This document shows, piece after piece, positions 59,327 to 64,000 of a stretch of 64,000 bases of DNA. The notes under the pieces were generated by a model. That model was not told the origin of the DNA. It searched no databases and saw nothing but the letters and a program-made list of their open reading frames with translations. Position numbers and translations under genes: made by a program. Each line of letters starts with the position of its first letter. Within the stretch, counting starts at the first letter, position 1. Location of the stretch: positions 124,001 to 188,000 of the IMG/VR virus record IMGVR_UViG_3300044731_002337. One strand, given 5' to 3'.

Positions 59327-62300
59327 ATGGATGAGGAACAGTGCCATATATTGCGTAAGGAGTTGTTGCAATTATGGATTCAAAAGATAGGATTTCAAAC
59401 TGATGAAGCACAAAATTATGATTCGGGGCTTGAATCTGTGTTGGAAATGTTGAAGGAGTTGTTGGTGGTATCTGAAGTGCACAATGGGGAGAAGCATGAA
59501 ATTAAGTTGGCAAATTGTTATTTTGTACGCCCATATGAGAATGGTGTAGGATTGGATACGCCATTAAAAGCCTTGTTACATGGAAGTTATGATGCGTTGA
59601 TAAAGGGTGATTTCTTGTATTCCAAGTATGGTGAAGGAGGACAATTATTATTTCAAAACAAGATTACGGGATATACGATATGTGAATTTCCAGTCATGTT
59701 GGGGTCAGTGTTGGATCATCAATCTACAGGGTTGACTTCAGCGCAAATCTATCACAAGCGTTATCTCAAGTCATCATGTTTCATAAGCAACATGCATGTA
59801 CGAATATTCCCAGCAGAAGAGTTTATTGTGAATAACCGGATATTGCATCGGCCGGCAAATGGATCTGAAGTGAGATCGACGTTTTTCTTTGGGGAGAGAC
59901 GATACCGTACGAATAGTACATTGCAAATAGGCTGGAAACTCAAGAATAACAAGGGTATTAAGTGGTGGCGAGAATATCCTAGATTGGAGATTAAGGTGCC
60001 GTACGAAAATCCTCCCATATTTATTTCCTTGATGGTGGTGGTGATGGGCTTAGGATATATAGTGGAGGAGTTTGTGGAATGGATTGCTCGGTTTCGACGT
60101 GTACCTGCTTCGACCAAGACACTCTCCTTACAACAAGTCGTTTTATCTGATGTCTGTGGATGCCAAAATTCGTATGATGCCTTGCTATTGATTGCCAAGT
60201 TGTTCAAGAGGACACATAAGATTAATTTGGACCAGGACAAGGCAGAGTCAGCCAAGGAAATCTTGAGACGGGAGATATTACCGCATTTAACGCACTATTC
60301 TCAAAGTACCAATGAAGCGGTATTGTTATGGGAAAGACGACGCAAGATGGTGATGTTCGCTATGATTGTGGCTGATATATTTGATCGTATGGATGGAAAG
60401 AGTTCGAATGTGAATAGCCGAAGTTACAAGTTTATTCGGTTCAAAACACCTATTCAATTCATGTTGGAGTTGATGAGGAAGAATGTGAAGAATGCTTGTA
60501 CGGTAGCCAAGGCGAAATTGCAGCATATGTTGAATAACAAGTTGCCCATTTTGTTGCATTACATGTTGCAGCCATCGATGTTTGAATTGACAACGGCGAT
60601 TAAGAATGGTAATTTTAATCCTTCGGGGAGGAAGAATACCAAGTCGAGTACGCACAATACGGGCAAGACGGATGTTATTACGTTGGGATATTGTTCTGAT
60701 TCCTATCCGGAGCAAACTGGCAAGATTATTAAGAAGCCAACGCAACAGTGTCATGATTTGAAGGCGAATGTATCTGATCCGTCGCAAGTAGGGTATGTTT
60801 GTATGTACATGACCCCTCAAAGTAAGCATTGTGGTGTATTTCGTCACAAGGCTATGGGAGCTCGATTTTCCCCAAATGTGAATATGATCAAACTGCAACA
60901 ACAATTGGAGCGTTTGGTTGGAGAATGGATTGTTGACGACTATGTTCATGGTGCCTGTGTCATGTATGACGTCTTTGGTGGATTCATGGGCTGGATATTG
61001 AATCCTCGAGAGTTTTGTGGTTACCTGATTGAAAAGAGACGACAAGGTTTATGGTATCGTCATGGAAATATTGAGTATATTGAGGAGGAGAACCAGATAT
61101 GGTGTAATGTAGGGGGTGATCGATTGGTACGGCCATTGATTGTTGCTTCAGCTTGGCCCAAGTTATGTCATGGTTTGGATCGATATCGTTTACAATTTTC
61201 CTTGTTGCAACAAGAGGGGATTATTGAATGGTTGGATCCGAATGAGGAGCAATGTGGATTGGTCAAGGTGGCAGCTACATTTGAGGAAATTATGGATCCA
61301 TTAGGTGGATATACTCATATTGAGATTCATGTATCATTGGTATTGGCAGTGAATATGACTCGAGCGTTTTTCAATTACAATTCGGGTCCACGAGAATTAT
61401 ATACTGGATTAATGAATACCAAAGCGTTATCCACCAAGTTACCAGACATTGGGGCTACCAAGTCTCATATGGTGTATGGTCAGCAATTCCCTTTAATGTC
61501 TGATCCTGTGACGGAGGCGTTAGGGAATCGAGCGCGTGAGCCAAACGGGACGAATGTGACAATTGCAATCATGCCTGCCCATGGGAATATGGAGGATTCA
61601 GTAGAGTTTTCTCAAGGATGTGTGGATTTAGGGATGTTCATGTCGGTGCAACATAACATGGAGCTGGTGGTGAGGAATGAAGAGTGTGAGATTCGCAAAC
61701 CGGATGCTCGATGTGAGTTGAAGAGTAGTGAACATGCGTATCGACATTTGGATGATAATGGCATTGTGAAGATTGGATCCCAGTTGGAAGTTGGTGATGC
61801 GATTGTAGGGATGGTGAATATGAAGAAGCGTAAAAGGTTACGATGTGTAAGTCAATTTCTAACCTCTGGAACGGGTGGTCGAGTTACGGATATCAAGACT
61901 TATATGGATGATAAGAAAAAGATCAAAATAGTGCATGTGACGTATGTATCAGCTCACAATCCAACGGTAGGGGACAAGTTTTTCATTGGACATGGACAAA
62001 AATTTACGGTGGCTCGAATGGTGAGACGAGAAGATATGCCATTTAATCCTATGACGGGGATGAGTCCAGATTTGTTATTCAATCCTCATAGTTTAACTCG
62101 ATCCACTATGGGGATGTTATTGGATATACTTTTCAGCAAAGGGAGGACATTGGAGCCAGAGTTGATTGATGCGTTTGATACGGTGATGTTACATCCGGAG
62201 TTGCATAAGAAGAAGTTACGGAAGGTGGAGGAAGTGTTATTGCGTCATGGATTTTCGATAAGTGGTACAGAGATGATGTGTAATGGGAAAACGGGTGAGA

Positions 62301-62758
62301 TGATGGAATGTCCAATCTTGATGGGTCCAGTGTATGTACACGTGTTGAATCATATCGCCAAGCAAAAATGTCGTCATCGTGATACGGGTCCTATGGCGGA
62401 TGGTACGCATGATCCTCAACTAGGAATGAGGCATGGTGCAATGGAAGGATGGAATTTATTAAGTCAAGGATGTACTGAAGTATTCAAAAGCACCAATCGT
62501 GAAGAAGGAGATAAGTTTCAAGATTTTTTCTGGTGTGAGAAACATGAAATGCCTGCTAATGGATCTATCGCATTGAAAGTATTCCATTGTCAAGCGTGTG
62601 GCAATGCAGATCATGTAGTTCGGTTACAATTACCTTACAAGTTTATATTGATTATGCAAGAGACATTTGCAGCTCATATGGGTCATTCATTACATATCAA
62701 ACCAGGAGATGTACCATTTGTGCATGATCCAACTTTGAATTTTTGGAATCAATCATGA
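59327..62758 (+). CDS. rpb2: RNA polymerase second-largest subunit (RPB2), highly divergent
   Basis: EFPVMLGS, GYVCMYMTPQSKHCG, RLVRPL, GNMEDS, GDKFFIGHGQK, PDLLFNPHS, LMGPVYVHVLNH, C-terminal zinc ribbon CQAC and LPYKFILIMQE. Confidence 0.93.
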   Translation: MDEEQCHILRKELLQLWIQKIGFQTDEAQNYDSGLESVLEMLKELLVVSEVHNGEKHEIKLANCYFVRPYENGVGLDTPLKALLHGSYDALIKGDFLYSKYGEGGQLLFQNKITGYTICEFPVMLGSVLDHQSTGLTSAQIYHKRYLKSSCFISNMHVRIFPAEEFIVNNRILHRPANGSEVRSTFFFGERRYRTNSTLQIGWKLKNNKGIKWWREYPRLEIKVPYENPPIFISLMVVVMGLGYIVEEFVEWIARFRRVPASTKTLSLQQVVLSDVCGCQNSYDALLLIAKLFKRTHKINLDQDKAESAKEILRREILPHLTHYSQSTNEAVLLWERRRKMVMFAMIVADIFDRMDGKSSNVNSRSYKFIRFKTPIQFMLELMRKNVKNACTVAKAKLQHMLNNKLPILLHYMLQPSMFELTTAIKNGNFNPSGRKNTKSSTHNTGKTDVITLGYCSDSYPEQTGKIIKKPTQQCHDLKANVSDPSQVGYVCMYMTPQSKHCGVFRHKAMGARFSPNVNMIKLQQQLERLVGEWIVDDYVHGACVMYDVFGGFMGWILNPREFCGYLIEKRRQGLWYRHGNIEYIEEENQIWCNVGGDRLVRPLIVASAWPKLCHGLDRYRLQFSLLQQEGIIEWLDPNEEQCGLVKVAATFEEIMDPLGGYTHIEIHVSLVLAVNMTRAFFNYNSGPRELYTGLMNTKALSTKLPDIGATKSHMVYGQQFPLMSDPVTEALGNRAREPNGTNVTIAIMPAHGNMEDSVEFSQGCVDLGMFMSVQHNMELVVRNEECEIRKPDARCELKSSEHAYRHLDDNGIVKIGSQLEVGDAIVGMVNMKKRKRLRCVSQFLTSGTGGRVTDIKTYMDDKKKIKIVHVTYVSAHNPTVGDKFFIGHGQKFTVARMVRREDMPFNPMTGMSPDLLFNPHSLTRSTMGMLLDILFSKGRTLEPELIDAFDTVMLHPELHKKKLRKVEEVLLRHGFSISGTEMMCNGKTGEMMECPILMGPVYVHVLNHIAKQKCRHRDTGPMADGTHDPQLGMRHGAMEGWNLLSQGCTEVFKSTNREEGDKFQDFFWCEKHEMPANGSIALKVFHCQACGNADHVVRLQLPYKFILIMQETFAAHMGHSLHIKPGDVPFVHDPTLNFWNQS

Positions 62759-63144
62759 AAAGAAAAAAAGGCATGAAGTTGATTCGTCAAGTTACGAAAA
62801 AGGATCGTATTGATAAAACAGATGGTGTATGTGAACCTATTGATAATTCACAGTATCGATGGATGAAGTGGTGTTATCGTGTTGTCATTATGCAAACATT
62901 TATTGGATGTCTAGTAGCTTATAGTATGGCAGACATGTCAAAAACTTCCAAATGGTTAGGTTTTGCAATATCACTTGCAATAGGTAATGTATTGATGTTA
63001 ATGTTTACCTTGAATACATCATTAAGTGAAATGGGTACACATCAATATACGAATGTTGAACCGAATAAGCCATGGAATCAAGAGTTTCGAGATCGAATAA
63101 AACAAATTATTGGACCAGGGTATGAAAAATATGTATTAGAATAG
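62743..63144 (+). CDS. Two-TM membrane protein
   Basis: Two hydrophobic segments. Confidence 0.55.
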   Translation: MESIMKRKKGMKLIRQVTKKDRIDKTDGVCEPIDNSQYRWMKWCYRVVIMQTFIGCLVAYSMADMSKTSKWLGFAISLAIGNVLMLMFTLNTSLSEMGTHQYTNVEPNKPWNQEFRDRIKQIIGPGYEKYVLE

Positions 63145-63155
63145 AAAAAAAAAAG

Positions 63156-63371
63156 ATGATGAATAGTCGAGTAAGTACACCTTTATCACCACCTGGTATG
63201 TCTTCAACTCCCCCAAGACCTAAACGTTTATCTGGAAATTATGATCCACAAGCAAATGATATTGATGTCTCATTAGTTAAGATTGTTATGCATCCATCCG
63301 CAGAACATGCCATACTACATCATGCTTTAACAATGATCAAATTAAAGAATATTCGTCCATCATCTACATGA
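63156..63371 (+). CDS. Small hypothetical protein
   Basis: 71 aa with an A-run before the ATG. Confidence 0.4.
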   Translation: MMNSRVSTPLSPPGMSSTPPRPKRLSGNYDPQANDIDVSLVKIVMHPSAEHAILHHALTMIKLKNIRPSST

Positions 63372-63433
63372 TGAAAAGAAGACCTTCCGATGTGTAAAAA
63401 ATGGGGGTTTGAAAGAAGGAAATTCATTTACTA

Positions 63434-64000
63434 ATGTCGCAAGCCTTGTCACCATTCGTAGTGGATCGTGGATCAATAAATGGCCATGATAATTATCAAG
63501 GATCAAGAGATTTGTCTCAGCAGCAACAACAACAACAACAACAGCAACAATTGACAGCGCCTCTAATGTTAATGATGCAAGTACTACAAGAAATGTTAAA
63601 GTTGATGCAATGTATGAGGGAAGAAGTTATGTTACGATTACCAAAGAAACGACTTTTGGAAGAAGAAGAAGAGGAAGAATTGGAAGATGAACTAAAGGAG
63701 AGGAAGAAGAAGAAGAAGAAACCTAAACTAATGAAAAAGGTGGAAGGTGATGTCCAGTGTCGAGTTTTTAATTATGAATTGGTATTGATATCGACATTCT
63801 TGATGACCAGAGTTGGATTGGAAAGTGTTTGTATGTTGGAGTTTAATAAGACGTGGGCAGTGGCTGTGAATTCGACTGTCTTGTCTAAAAAATTGGCCGA
63901 ATTGATGAAAAAGAATGGGATGTTATCTCATGTGGAAAGGAGGCAAATGAATAAGAATGGAACAAAACCTTTACGAACATTTTCCAAGGCGAGTTTGAAA
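63434..64000 (+). CDS. Hypothetical protein with poly-Q, poly-E and poly-K tracts; runs off the window edge
   Basis: Manual translation MSQALSPFVVDRGS...LSQQQQQQQQQQQLTAP...EEEEEELEDELKERKKKKKK is open to 64000. Confidence 0.6.
   Translation, partial: MSQALSPFVVDRGSINGHDNYQGSRDLSQQQQQQQQQQQLTAPLMLMMQVLQEMLKLMQCMREEVMLRLPKKRLLEEEEEEELEDELKERKKKKKKPKLMKKVEGDVQCRVFNYELVLISTFLMTRVGLESVCMLEFNKTWAVAVNSTVLSKKLAELMKKNGMLSHVERRQMNKNGTKPLRTFSKASLK

Noticed and set aside
59761-62419. Antisense ORFs of 60-239 aa nested in RPB2, and similar ones in RPB1, RNR and the coiled-coil gene
   Set aside because: They lie fully within conserved genes on another frame or strand and have no recognisable motifs
1-64000. 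tRNA, rRNA, major capsid protein, A32 ATPase, PolB or histone genes
   Set aside because: None recognised by eye; tRNAscan-SE and HMM searches would be needed to exclude them formally

Overview
AT-rich, gene-dense 64 kb segment of a large eukaryotic dsDNA virus, most likely Nucleocytoviricota; an endogenised copy in a eukaryote cannot be excluded, and no capsid, A32 or PolB marker is in the window. Recognisable genes: RNR alpha (with intein) and beta, RNA polymerase subunits RPB1, RPB2 and RPB5, SNF2 helicase, RFC-like AAA+ ATPase, RuvC/A22-type resolvase, Dcp2-like Nudix hydrolase, Ser/Thr kinase, DEDDh exonuclease, and G9/A16-like and L1-like membrane proteins. Main observations beyond the ORF track: (1) four short (50-56 nt), T-rich GT-AG introns whose removal restores the reading frame of RPB5 (two introns), RPB1 (one) and a zinc-finger tyrosine-recombinase-like gene (one); (2) RPB1 ends in a fused, apparently catalytically dead mRNA guanylyltransferase plus OB module where a CTD would be; (3) the RNR intein has Gly at +1, so it lacks the canonical C-extein nucleophile; (4) a TTAA-flanked piggyBac-like MITE family; (5) a dispersed GGTAAC-type repeat found at three loci near gene 3' ends, and a separate AT-rich iteron-like array; (6) a convergent pair of tyrosine-recombinase-like genes, several pseudo-enzymes, and lipid- and purine-metabolism auxiliary genes. 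All family calls come from motif recognition by eye; no database search was run.
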